Origin: an uncultured archaeon
Lineage (GTDB): Archaea > Thermoproteota > Nitrososphaeria > Nitrososphaerales > Gagatemarchaeaceae
Direction: 5' to 3'
Length of the DNA stretch: 64,000 nucleotides
Assembly: GCA_963817525.1 (NCBI GenBank)
Contig: CAWFOU010000001.1
Span: 224,001 to 288,000 of the forward strand
The translations under genes and the position numbers were made by a program. Below are positions 1-8,284 of this stretch, piece by piece; the stretch's first letter is position 1; every line of letters starts with the position of its first letter. The notes under the pieces are model-generated. The model was not told the DNA's origin. It ran no database searches and worked only from the letters and a program-made list of their open reading frames with translations.

Positions 1-201
1 GTTCACAAGCTGATGCTTGGCAACGAGGACTCGAGGGTAAAGATATCTGATCCAGAGATCGTCAAGTTTTTGGAATCGCAGAAGCGGTTGGTGACGCTTA
101 TCACGATGGACAGCGAGCTCGCCGAGTACTGCTCAAAGTTCGGAATCCCGGTGATCAGGGTCCAAGACATAATCTCGCTGCACATAAAGAGCTCAAAGTA
201 G
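1..201 (+). CDS. partial (5'-truncated) PIN-like/DUF5615-type protein
   Basis: Open frame runs to TAG at 199-201. ISDPEIVKF...LITMDSEL resembles the D..i...a....r.liT.D pattern of PIN/Mut7-C-like domains. Confidence 0.4.
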   Translation, partial: VHKLMLGNEDSRVKISDPEIVKFLESQKRLVTLITMDSELAEYCSKFGIPVIRVQDIISLHIKSSK

Positions 202-269
202 CCGTGCCTGGCTCTCGCGCGCGGCGCCCCGAGCAAAGGCTTTAACCCCGCGCCGTGGTACTTTTCCTC

Positions 270-878
270 ATGGCAAAGACCTACGCTCTCCCACCGCTAC
301 CATACGCTTACAACGCTCTCGAGCCCCACATCTCGGAGCAGATAATGAAGCTGCACCACGACAAGCACCACCAGGCATACGTCAACGGTGCGAACACGGC
401 CCTGGACAAGCTCGAAAAGGCCCGGGCCGGGACGATGCAGATCGACCTCAAGGGCACCCTGAGGGACCTCAGCTTCAACATAGACGGTCACAAGCTCCAC
501 TCGATATTCTGGCCCAACATGGCCCCTGCAGGCAAGGGCGGAGGCAACCCAGGGGGGAAGCTAGCAGACAAGATCAACGCCGAGTTCGGCGGGGTCGACA
601 AGTTCAAGGCCCAGTTCAGCGACGCCGCCAAGGCGGTCGAGGGCTCGGGCTGGGCGCTGCTCAGCTACGACAAGGAGATCGACGGGCTGGTCATCACCCA
701 GGTCGAGAAGCAGAACTTCATGGAGCTTGCCGAGGCGACCATCCTGCTAGGCCTAGACGTCTGGGAGCACGCCTACTATCTCCAGTACTGGAACGACAGG
801 GGCAAGTATGTAGACGCCTGGTGGAACGTCGTTAACTGGTCCGACGTCGACAGCAGGCTCTCCAAGGTCGTAAAGTAG
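270..878 (+). CDS. sod: Fe/Mn superoxide dismutase
   Basis: Motifs LPPLPYAYNALEPHIS, HHDKHHQAYV and DVWEHAYYLQY. ATG at 270 lies about 25 nt after TTTAAC at 241. Confidence 0.97.
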   Translation: MAKTYALPPLPYAYNALEPHISEQIMKLHHDKHHQAYVNGANTALDKLEKARAGTMQIDLKGTLRDLSFNIDGHKLHSIFWPNMAPAGKGGGNPGGKLADKINAEFGGVDKFKAQFSDAAKAVEGSGWALLSYDKEIDGLVITQVEKQNFMELAEATILLGLDVWEHAYYLQYWNDRGKYVDAWWNVVNWSDVDSRLSKVVK

Positions 879-932
879 CCCACCTCCCTCCCCCACGCGC
901 CTTTCGCGCGTGCCTCCTCCTTTAATCCACGC

Positions 933-1892
933 GTGGCGATTGTGGCAGCGGACGCAGGAGCCAAGTTGGAGTTCAAGCTCAACCTCTCGACCATCCCCTT
1001 CGACCTGGGGCACACCCTAGACAGCGGACAGGCCTTCCGGTGGTCGCTGAACGGGGGTTGGTGGTACGGGGTGCTCCCGGGAGGGGTGGTCAAGGTGAGG
1101 CAGGAGGAGGAAGCCCTGATCTGCGTAGCGAGCAGCGAGAGGCTGACACCCCGCGACCTTCACGAGTACTTTCGCCTCGACGACAGCCTGGAGCGGGTCT
1201 ACTCCAGGATAATGAAGGACGCCCACGTCACCGAGGCCATCCAGAGGTTCTACGGGCTGCGCCTCATCAACCAGGACGTCTGGGAGTGCCTCGTCTCCTT
1301 CGTGATAGCGACCAACACCAACATCCCTCGGATCAAGCTCATGATATCCAAGCTCTGCGACGCCTTCGGGGAGAAGGTGAGCTTCGAAGGGGACGACTAC
1401 TCGCTCTTCCCCACGCCGCAGTCGCTGGCGGAGGCCACCCACGAAGACCTCACCCGCTGCGGCCTCGGATACCGGGCGAGGTTCGTCAGCTCCGTCGCGA
1501 AGAAGGTCTCCGCAGGAGGAGTCGACCTCGAGGAGCTGAGGCTCCTCGACTATGAGCGCGCCAGAGACCTCATGGTGGAGCGTCTTCTGGGGGAGAAGAC
1601 CTTCCTGGGCATAGGGAGGAAGGCTGCCGACTGCGTCCTACTCTTCTCGTGCCGGAAAGACTCCGCGTTCCCCATCGACATATGGATGGCCAGGGTGCTC
1701 TTCAGGTATTATCCGAGGCTCTTCGACAGGGAGCTCGAGGCGCGGCTGGCCTCTCACCTTTCGGGGTCGGCGAAGCTGTCGGGAGGCGCCTACGAGAAGA
1801 TCTCAGCTTCGATGAGGGATTATTTCGGGGAGTATGCGGGATACGCGCAGCAGTACCTGTTTCACGACGCACGGAAGAGCAAGCTCGAGTAG
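933..1892 (+). CDS. ogg1: 8-oxoguanine DNA glycosylase/AP lyase (OGG1-type, HhH-GPD)
   Basis: Motifs TLDSGQAFRW, QDVWECLVSFVIATNTNIPRI, GLGYRA, GIGRKAADCVLLF, FPID and YAGYAQQYLF. Confidence 0.9.
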   Translation: MAIVAADAGAKLEFKLNLSTIPFDLGHTLDSGQAFRWSLNGGWWYGVLPGGVVKVRQEEEALICVASSERLTPRDLHEYFRLDDSLERVYSRIMKDAHVTEAIQRFYGLRLINQDVWECLVSFVIATNTNIPRIKLMISKLCDAFGEKVSFEGDDYSLFPTPQSLAEATHEDLTRCGLGYRARFVSSVAKKVSAGGVDLEELRLLDYERARDLMVERLLGEKTFLGIGRKAADCVLLFSCRKDSAFPIDIWMARVLFRYYPRLFDRELEARLASHLSGSAKLSGGAYEKISASMRDYFGEYAGYAQQYLFHDARKSKLE

Positions 1893-3077
1893 GGTTCTGT
1901 CCAATCTGCGGGAGATCCCCGCAGAATCGACTTCGGGGCTTCTGCTCTGAGGATCGGAGCCGTCGTCGTCTCGTTCCCCTTCACGGCTTCATATGTGTCC
2001 CGCGCTCCTGGGCGAACCTCACCCAGACATCTTATCTTCCCGCGACGCTCTATGTTTATCGCAGCATTGAGGTCGCGGTCGAGCTTGGCACCGCATGGGC
2101 ATAGCCAGCTCCTCTCTGTCAGCTTCAGCCTCCTGTTGATGGCCCCGCAAACGTGACAGATCTTGGACGTGTAAGAGAGAGAGACGTACTCCACAGAGAC
2201 ACCCGCCCACCTTGCCTTGTAGTCGATGTAGGACTGCAGCTGCCGGAACGGCCATAGGGCGACCCTGCGCCGCCTTGCCTTTCCCTCTCCGTTCCCTCTC
2301 TTGTGGCGGTACCTGATCCCCTTGAGCCTCTCGAGGACGATTGCCTCGTTGTTCGCCCTCGCCTTTTCCACTATCAGAGTTGAGATCCTGTGGAGGGCTT
2401 GACTCGCGCGCTCCTTCTCTCTCCTGGTGGAAGCGAACTTCTTCTTGAGACGCCTGTCGTGAGGATGTCTCTCGTAGAACTTGGACCGCCGAATCCCATA
2501 GAGCGTATGAAGGCGAGCGACCTCGGAGAGGTCGTGCCTCGTCCCGTCGCTCCCGACAACGGACTTTTCGTTGAGGTCATAGCCGACCCTCCTCGATGGC
2601 TGGATGGTCGGAGACTCCTTCGAGAAGGCGATGACGATTGACGAGTCTGTCATCGTGACTGAGCCTCTCTTGAGCGTCTTGTCCATCAAGAACGAGCGCT
2701 GATACTCGTCGTCGCAAGGGGACGACGACGCGCTCTCCCTTCTTGAAAGGCAGCGAGAGTATCGAGTAGTTCAGCGAGAAGTTCGCCGCATCCATCTTGA
2801 GCATCAGCCTCTTCGCGTACGGCTTCCTCTGCCAGTGCTTGTGCTTCTTGACGATGGACCATGCTACCTCAGCCACAGAGTATGGGAAGCAAGAGATGAC
2901 GCCGTATCTCCCCTGGAAGTCTCTGTATATCCTGTCTCTCAGCTTCAACCGGCCTCTTACCCTCTCATCCAGGCAGATCCGGATCGCATCGTTGACCATC
3001 TGTTTGAAAGTGGAGAGGACCTCGAGTGTCTGAGGAGTCTGCCTGTACGCGAACTTCACTCCTTTGACGGCCTTCAC
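1862..3077 (-). pseudogene. tnpB: RNA-guided endonuclease TnpB (IS200/IS605 OrfB family), split by a frameshift near 2715
   Basis: ORF 2577..3077 is the N-terminal part. ORF 1862..2689 has RuvC-I GYDLN, RuvC-II IVLERL, Zn finger CHVC...CPCG and RuvC-III DRDLNAAINI. The frames join at VVVPL / DDEYQRSFLMDK. Confidence 0.88.
1873..2040 (-). ncRNA. putative omega-RNA overlapping the tnpB 3' end (boundaries approximate)
   Basis: TnpB guide RNAs are known to overlap the ORF 3' end and the right end. Hairpin CTGCGGG-N5-CCCGCAG at 1906-1924. The ORF tail beyond RuvC-III looks non-globular. Confidence 0.5.
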
Positions 3078-3154
3078 GCACTAGCAGTTGTGGTTTCTGT
3101 TTAAGCGCCAACATGAAACAAGGAGAGAAAAGTCCAGCACGCTTTGACGGCACC
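1893..3154 (-). mobile_element. TnpB-only element (no TnpA) inserted between the convergent ogg and rpl13e stop codons
   Basis: Contains tnpB. Imperfect inverted termini GGTTCTGTCCAA (1893-1904, +) and GGTGCCGTCAAA (3154-3143, -). Subterminal hairpin at 1906-1924. Confidence 0.7.
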
Positions 3155-3612
3155 TACTTCTTCTTGCTGACCGCCGCGACGGCGACGGCCTCGCCGGCAG
3201 TCTTGAGCCACTGCTTGAGCGCCTCGACGTTCCCTTCGACCACGCTCCTCCGCCTGACGTCCACCGAAAGGCGCTCGCGTCTGGCCAGGTTGAATTCGAC
3301 ACCGGCCGAGGTCAGCTCGGCGAAGGAGAACCCCCTCCCTGGCCTTTCTTGCATGGAATCGAGGTGCCTCGCTTCGATTACCGCGGACGGGGCGGGCCCA
3401 AGTTCCATGCGTTCGGCCTTGACCGCCGGCTTCTGCGGGGCTTCTTTCTTCTCGGCCTTCTCAACCTTCTCGGCCTTGGGCTTGGCGACCTTCTTCGGCT
3501 TCTCGGCCGACGGCGCCTTTGCGACCTTCTTGACCTTGGTCACCTTGGCCTTGGTCTTCTTCGCCGGCGCCTTCTTGCCGGGCTTGCTCTTCTTCTTGGC
3601 TGAGGTGCTCAT
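3154..3612 (-). CDS. rpl13e: 50S ribosomal protein L13e with Lys/Ala/Pro-rich N-terminal extension
   Basis: C-terminal RPGRGFSFAEL...DVRRRS..EGNVEAL is the L13e core. Confidence 0.88.
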   Translation of the reverse strand: MSTSAKKKSKPGKKAPAKKTKAKVTKVKKVAKAPSAEKPKKVAKPKAEKVEKAEKKEAPQKPAVKAERMELGPAPSAVIEARHLDSMQERPGRGFSFAELTSAGVEFNLARRERLSVDVRRRSVVEGNVEALKQWLKTAGEAVAVAAVSKKK

Positions 3613-3707
3613 GTCTAACTATTTACTTTCCGAGGTCGACTTTCATAATACGTTTCTTAAGCGTTTCGCGGCCCTGCCGTGGAATCGGGCATCGTCGTTA
3701 GAAGAGG

Positions 3708-3713
3708 TTATAT
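3708..3713 (+). promoter_or_regulatory. TATA box of tRNA-Tyr
   Basis: GAAGAGG-TTATAT lies about 28 nt upstream of tRNA position 1 (3741). Confidence 0.55.
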
Positions 3714-3740
3714 CCCCTACGCCAAATTCCCGGGCTTGGT

Positions 3741-3897
3741 CCCGCGGTAGCTCAGCCTGGCAGATCCCGATGCGGAGCCAAAAGCTTCCGGCTGTAGTGG
3801 TCGGCCTTGGCCGACTCGTCCAGCCTGATCAGGCCACAGAAACCGGAGTGTCGTCGGCTCAAAAGCGCCACCGGCGCTGGAATTCCGACCCGCGGGA
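3741..3897 (+). tRNA. trnY: tRNA-Tyr(GTA) with three introns: 3764-3782 at 22/23, 3798-3841 at 37/38, 3864-3883 at 59/60
   Basis: Acceptor stem CCCGCGG/CCGCGGG with A73 and a C1-G72 pair. D arm GCTC-AGCCTGGCA-GAGC. Anticodon arm TCCGG-CTGTAGA-CCGGA. T arm GTCGG/CCGAC. Each intron is bounded by a bulge-helix-bulge. Confidence 0.93.
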
Positions 3898-3970
3898 CCT
3901 CTTTTCCTCATCATCGCTCTTGCGTCCTCGCGGAGAAGACTCTTAATATCGGGCCGAGGACCGAACGACA

Positions 3971-4162
3971 ATGGGCACCGACGGCTGGCCGTCAGGGCGG
4001 CTCGTGACAGTGATCCTGGTGATGGTCGTCGCCGAGACCGCCTGGGCTCTCTACTGCGCTGAGGCCGACTTCAACCTCTTCGGGTTCTACATCGTCCTCG
4101 TAATAGCGTCTGTCGTCTTCTGGGTCCCAGGGCTGACGGAGAAGCGCGGGACGCGCCTCTAG
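3971..4162 (+). CDS. small two-TM hypothetical membrane protein
   Basis: Two hydrophobic stretches. ATG lies about 25 nt after TTAATAT. Confidence 0.55.
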   Translation: MGTDGWPSGRLVTVILVMVVAETAWALYCAEADFNLFGFYIVLVIASVVFWVPGLTEKRGTRL

Positions 4163-4227
4163 CATCCGGTGCCAAAGCCGCCTAGACCAACAGATAAAGG
4201 CAAGCGGGGCTGCGCGGGGGCCAGTAC

Positions 4228-5106
4228 ATGCCCAGGCCTCCCCCGAAGGGGCTGGCGGCCCTAGGCTCGATTGCCGCAGGGGCCAGCGTCGCCGTCTTCA
4301 ACATGTTCTACTGGATCCAGTACCAGTATTACTTCGCCCGCGACCCGGCCTCTGTCTATTCCTTCTACTTGGCCCAGGCCTTCTCCGTTTTCCTCGTGCT
4401 CCTCGGCTTCTACCTCGCCTTTCGCTACCTTAAGGAGGCCTCCACCGCCTCTCCAATATCGTCGCTCCTCGCGATAATCGGGAGCGCCGTCTCCGACAGC
4501 CGGCTCATGAGGGTGGCCATAGTGGCCACCATCGTCTACGGCCTCCTCTATGCGTTCGCCTCGAGCATAGTGGTCTTCCAGCCCAACGTGGACTTTGCGA
4601 CCGCGTACTCCGCATCGGGCGTCGCTTCCTGGGGCCCGTTCCCGTGCTGCGGGAGCCCGGGCACCTACCCGGAGCTCATCCTCTATCTCTCCCCCGCCCA
4701 TCTGGCCGTGCAGCTCGTCCCTCTCAGCGTGCTGCTCCTCTTCGTCGTCCCCCCGCTGGTGGGCCTGAACCTTTCTATCGCACTCTTCTCCGTCAGGAGG
4801 ACCGTCGCCAAGGTCACCGGGAGGTGGATGGTCGCGTGCGGGGCGGCGGTCGGCCTCTTCACCGCCTGTCCGACCTGCGCCGGCTTCTTCCTCGCCGAGT
4901 CGATCGGAGGGGTCGGGGCCACCGCGTTCGCCGTGGCGCTCGCACCCTACCAGGCCCTGTTCATCGCGGTCAGCATACCGCTTCTGGTCCTCATGCCGTT
5001 CTTCTTCGCGATGCGAGTCAAGAAGACCGGGGTGACGGTCAGCCCTTCGATCCCTCGGGGTGTCGAGGGGACCAACGACCCGTCTCTTGCGCCCGGAAAC
5101 CGTTAA
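4228..5106 (+). CDS. multi-pass membrane protein with CC and CxxC motifs
   Basis: About 6 TM segments with PFPCCGSPG and FTACPTCAG. Lies directly upstream of cyoE-ctaA. Confidence 0.75.
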   Translation: MPRPPPKGLAALGSIAAGASVAVFNMFYWIQYQYYFARDPASVYSFYLAQAFSVFLVLLGFYLAFRYLKEASTASPISSLLAIIGSAVSDSRLMRVAIVATIVYGLLYAFASSIVVFQPNVDFATAYSASGVASWGPFPCCGSPGTYPELILYLSPAHLAVQLVPLSVLLLFVVPPLVGLNLSIALFSVRRTVAKVTGRWMVACGAAVGLFTACPTCAGFFLAESIGGVGATAFAVALAPYQALFIAVSIPLLVLMPFFFAMRVKKTGVTVSPSIPRGVEGTNDPSLAPGNR

Positions 5107-5150
5107 AAGCAGAGAGAAAGGCGCGCCGAAAGGAGGCATTTTCTTTGAGC

Positions 5151-6008
5151 ATGAGAGACTATTTGGCCCTCACAAAGCCAAAGATTCTCTGGCTCCTCCT
5201 GCTGGTGGCGCTCGCCTCCGAGGTCATCGCCGCGCGGACGCTCCCTCCTGTAGTCAAGCTGGTCGGGCTCTTCCTAGCGGGGACGCTCACCTCGATGGGG
5301 TCGCTCGCGCTCAATAGCTATCTCGAGATGGACGTCGACGCCAAGATGAAGAGGACCCGCAACAGGCCCCTGCCAGCCGCGAGGATCATCCAGCCAGCCA
5401 GGGCTGCCGCCTTCGGGATCTCCCTAGTGGCGCTGGGATTGGTGATATCTTGGTTCACGCTCACTCCTCTCGCGACCCTGTTCATCGGGCTCGGCGCGGT
5501 CGTCTACGTGCAGGTATACACCGTCTGGCTGAAGCCCAGGACCAGCTGGAACATCGTCCTGGGCGGCTTCGCGGGAAGCTGCTGCGCGCTCGCTGGCTGG
5601 TACGCCATCACCTCGGCCGACCCGCTCATCGCCTGGGTCCTCGCCGCGCTCGTCTTTGTCTGGACGCCCAGCCACTTTTGGAGCCTGGCTGTCATCACGG
5701 AAGAGGACTACTCCGCCGCGGGGATCCCGATGCTCCCCTCTGTCGTGGGCGAGAAGAAGGCCGCGAAGTTCATCGTCGCGAACACCCTCCTCCTCATACC
5801 CATCAGCCTCCTCTTCTTCCTGTACCTGGCGGGGGCCGGCGAAATCGTCTACCTCGTGGGCGCGCTCTTCTTCGACCTCCTCCTACTAGCGACCAACATC
5901 AAGCTCCTTGTGACCCCCTCGAAGAGCAACGCCCTCCTCGCGTTCAAGGCCTCGAGCCCCTTCCTCGCGGTCATCTTCATCCTTGCCTGCGTGAGCGTCC
6001 TGCTGTAG
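5151..6008 (+). CDS. cyoE: protoheme IX farnesyltransferase (heme O synthase)
   Basis: Motifs YLALTKPKI, DVDAKMKRTRNRPLP, YTVWLKPRT, WTPSHFWSLA and DYSAAGIPMLP. Start reassigned to ATG 5151. Confidence 0.95.
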   Translation: MRDYLALTKPKILWLLLLVALASEVIAARTLPPVVKLVGLFLAGTLTSMGSLALNSYLEMDVDAKMKRTRNRPLPAARIIQPARAAAFGISLVALGLVISWFTLTPLATLFIGLGAVVYVQVYTVWLKPRTSWNIVLGGFAGSCCALAGWYAITSADPLIAWVLAALVFVWTPSHFWSLAVITEEDYSAAGIPMLPSVVGEKKAAKFIVANTLLLIPISLLFFLYLAGAGEIVYLVGALFFDLLLLATNIKLLVTPSKSNALLAFKASSPFLAVIFILACVSVLL

Positions 6009-6052
6009 GCTCCAGAAAGTCTTAACTAAGTTATCTCAAGCGGCCCCGCTGC

Positions 6053-6541
6053 TTGAGCGCAGGAAAGACACTAGTCTACGCGACCATCGTCTCGACGTTC
6101 GCCCTCATCGTGTGGGGCGGCTACCTCACAGCGGGGAACTACGGCGGGGGCTGCGGCACACCCAGCAACAACGTGATAAGCAGCGACTGGCCCTACTGCA
6201 ACGGCTCGCTCGCTATCCCGAACCCCTACAATGCCGCGTCTTACGGCGCGTTCATAGAATACGTCCATCGGACCTTGAGCGTCTTCGTCGGTGTGATCCT
6301 GCTCATCACTGTAGCGGTGGTCTCGAGGATGAAGCCCAGGCCGGCGCGCGCCTACAAGGCCCTCGTCTTGGCGGGCGTCCTCCTCCTCATCCAGATCGGC
6401 CTGGGGAACATCGTGGTCAACTCCAACCTCAACGCCGTCTACCTTTCCGTCCACCTGGCTAACGCGACCGCCCTCTTCGGAGTGCTGGTCATCTCCGGCA
6501 TGCTGATCCGTTCCGAAGAGCGTCCAGGCGGATACGTCTAG
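6053..6541 (+). CDS. ctaA: heme A synthase, short single-module COX15/CtaA type
   Basis: GGGCG...DWPYCNG, FIEYVHR, Q..LG and the H in SVHLA. Only about 4 TM and 162 aa. Confidence 0.85.
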   Translation: MSAGKTLVYATIVSTFALIVWGGYLTAGNYGGGCGTPSNNVISSDWPYCNGSLAIPNPYNAASYGAFIEYVHRTLSVFVGVILLITVAVVSRMKPRPARAYKALVLAGVLLLIQIGLGNIVVNSNLNAVYLSVHLANATALFGVLVISGMLIRSEERPGGYV

Positions 6542-6591
6542 CCCCCTCCGGGGAAGAAAGCTAAGAGCGGGCGCCGTTCCGTGGGCTCTCC

Positions 6592-7104
6592 TTGGAGCAT
6601 CGTCAGAGGCTCGTCGCGGACGCCATGCTGGGGAGCCTGGCGAGGAAGCTAAGGATATTCGGGTTCGACACGCTCTACTTTCGGGATGGGGGCGACGACG
6701 CGCTCGTGTCCCTCGCGAAGAGGGAGGGGCGGGCTATCCTCACCTCGGACGCCGCCCTCTTCGAGCTCTCGCGCAGACGGGGCCTCCGCGCGTACCTCGT
6801 CGAGGGGAGGACCGACAGAGAGAGATTGCTCTCCGTGCAGAGGCAGGGGCCGGACATGCCCTTCAGATTGGGAAGGGGGAGCGCCAGCAGGTGCGCCGTC
6901 TGCAACGGCGAGCTGGAGCCCCTCCGGAGACGAGACGCCGCAGCGCTCTCCGTCCCCCCGAAGGCCTTGGCCAGGCACCGCCTCTTCTATCGTTGCAGCG
7001 TCTGCTCGAGGCTCTACTGGCACGGGGGACACTGGGAGCAGCTAAGGCGGCTGTCCTACTCGCTCGGGGCGAAGGACTTAACCCCGGGGCGGGGCCCCGC
7101 TTGA
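6592..7104 (+). CDS. Mut7-C RNase domain protein (PIN-like + Zn ribbon)
   Basis: Motifs DAMLGSLARKLRIFGFDT, ILTSD, SRCAVCNG, CSVC and YWHGGH. Confidence 0.9.
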   Translation: MEHRQRLVADAMLGSLARKLRIFGFDTLYFRDGGDDALVSLAKREGRAILTSDAALFELSRRRGLRAYLVEGRTDRERLLSVQRQGPDMPFRLGRGSASRCAVCNGELEPLRRRDAAALSVPPKALARHRLFYRCSVCSRLYWHGGHWEQLRRLSYSLGAKDLTPGRGPA

Positions 7105-7120
7105 GCAGCTGGAGAGGCCA

Positions 7121-8284
7121 TTGAGAGTCTACGTGGCGGCCTTCGGTTCGGGAATGGGTCACGCCTCGAGGATGGCCGCGCTGGCCGAGGAGCTGGTCGC
7201 TCGCGGAGACCAGGTGGCGTTCTCTAGCTCGGGGGAGGTGACGGCCTGGCTGAGGGCCAAAGGCTACCAGTGCAACGACGTGCCTCTCGTGGACGTGGTA
7301 TTCGACGGCTCGGGCGCGTTCTCCGCCCTGGAGACGCTGAAGTACTCCCCGGCGCTCGTGGCAAGGCTCTGCAGCCAGGTTCAGCGCGAGGTTGCGAACA
7401 TCGGCAGGTTCGCGCCGCAGGTCGTCGTCAGCGACTCGATGGTCTCGACGGTGGCCGCGTCGAGGCTCAGGGGCGTGAGGTCGATCGCGATCCTCAACCA
7501 GCTCCGGCTCATCTCCTCGCCCAGGACTCCAAAGACGATCGGCCAGGTGCTTGCGGGGGGGAGCATCACTCTCGCGAACGCCATCTGGGAGTCCTGCGAC
7601 CAGATCCTGGTCCCCGACCTCCCGCCTCCCTACACGATAAGCGAGAGGAACCTCTGGAACGCGGGGAGCGCCTCGTCGAGGGCGCGATACGTCGGGTTCC
7701 TCACCCCCAAACGCGACACGGGCGCAGGAGGGGACGCCCTCCTCGACGAATGGAAGGCCGAGGAGAGGAGGCGCAAGGTCTTCTGGCAGGTCTCGGGCCC
7801 GCTCCCCACGCGCGCCTCCTTCCTCGCCAAGGCGCTCGAGGCCGCGGAGTCGCTGCAGGATGACTTCCTCTTCGTCATCACGGCCGGAGACCCGGGAGGA
7901 GAGACCAGACCGACCCGCGTGCCGGGTGGTTACCTCTATGGGTGGTGCAACCTCACCCGCGCCTTCGTGGACTCGTGCGACGCCGTCGTGTCTCGCGCCG
8001 GCCACGTGAGCCTCTCAGACTACATCCTGCGAGCGAAGCCTTGCGTCCTGGTGCCCATCCAGTCCCAGACCGAGCAGATGGGGAACGCCGACAAGTCGCA
8101 GAGGCTCGGCTTCGCGATCGTCCTGCAGGAGGGCGAGCTCGACCCTTCAAGGGTGCGGCAGGCGCTCTTCGGGCTCTTTGAGGGACGATACGCAACGCGC
8201 GCGAGGGAGCTGAGGGAGGTGGCGGAGGGCTACGACGCCGTCGACGCCGTCATCGGTGCGGTCGGGGCTGCCCGCGCCTCTTGA
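7121..8284 (+). CDS. GT-B glycosyltransferase (GT28/MJ1255-like)
   Basis: Motifs GSGMGHASR, VVSD, VSRAGH and P...QTEQMGNA. Confidence 0.85.
   Translation: MRVYVAAFGSGMGHASRMAALAEELVARGDQVAFSSSGEVTAWLRAKGYQCNDVPLVDVVFDGSGAFSALETLKYSPALVARLCSQVQREVANIGRFAPQVVVSDSMVSTVAASRLRGVRSIAILNQLRLISSPRTPKTIGQVLAGGSITLANAIWESCDQILVPDLPPPYTISERNLWNAGSASSRARYVGFLTPKRDTGAGGDALLDEWKAEERRRKVFWQVSGPLPTRASFLAKALEAAESLQDDFLFVITAGDPGGETRPTRVPGGYLYGWCNLTRAFVDSCDAVVSRAGHVSLSDYILRAKPCVLVPIQSQTEQMGNADKSQRLGFAIVLQEGELDPSRVRQALFGLFEGRYATRARELREVAEGYDAVDAVIGAVGAARAS

Noticed and set aside
1862-3077. Cas12f/Cas14 CRISPR effector
   Set aside because: No repeat-spacer array or cas1/2/4 nearby; size and ends fit a transposon TnpB.
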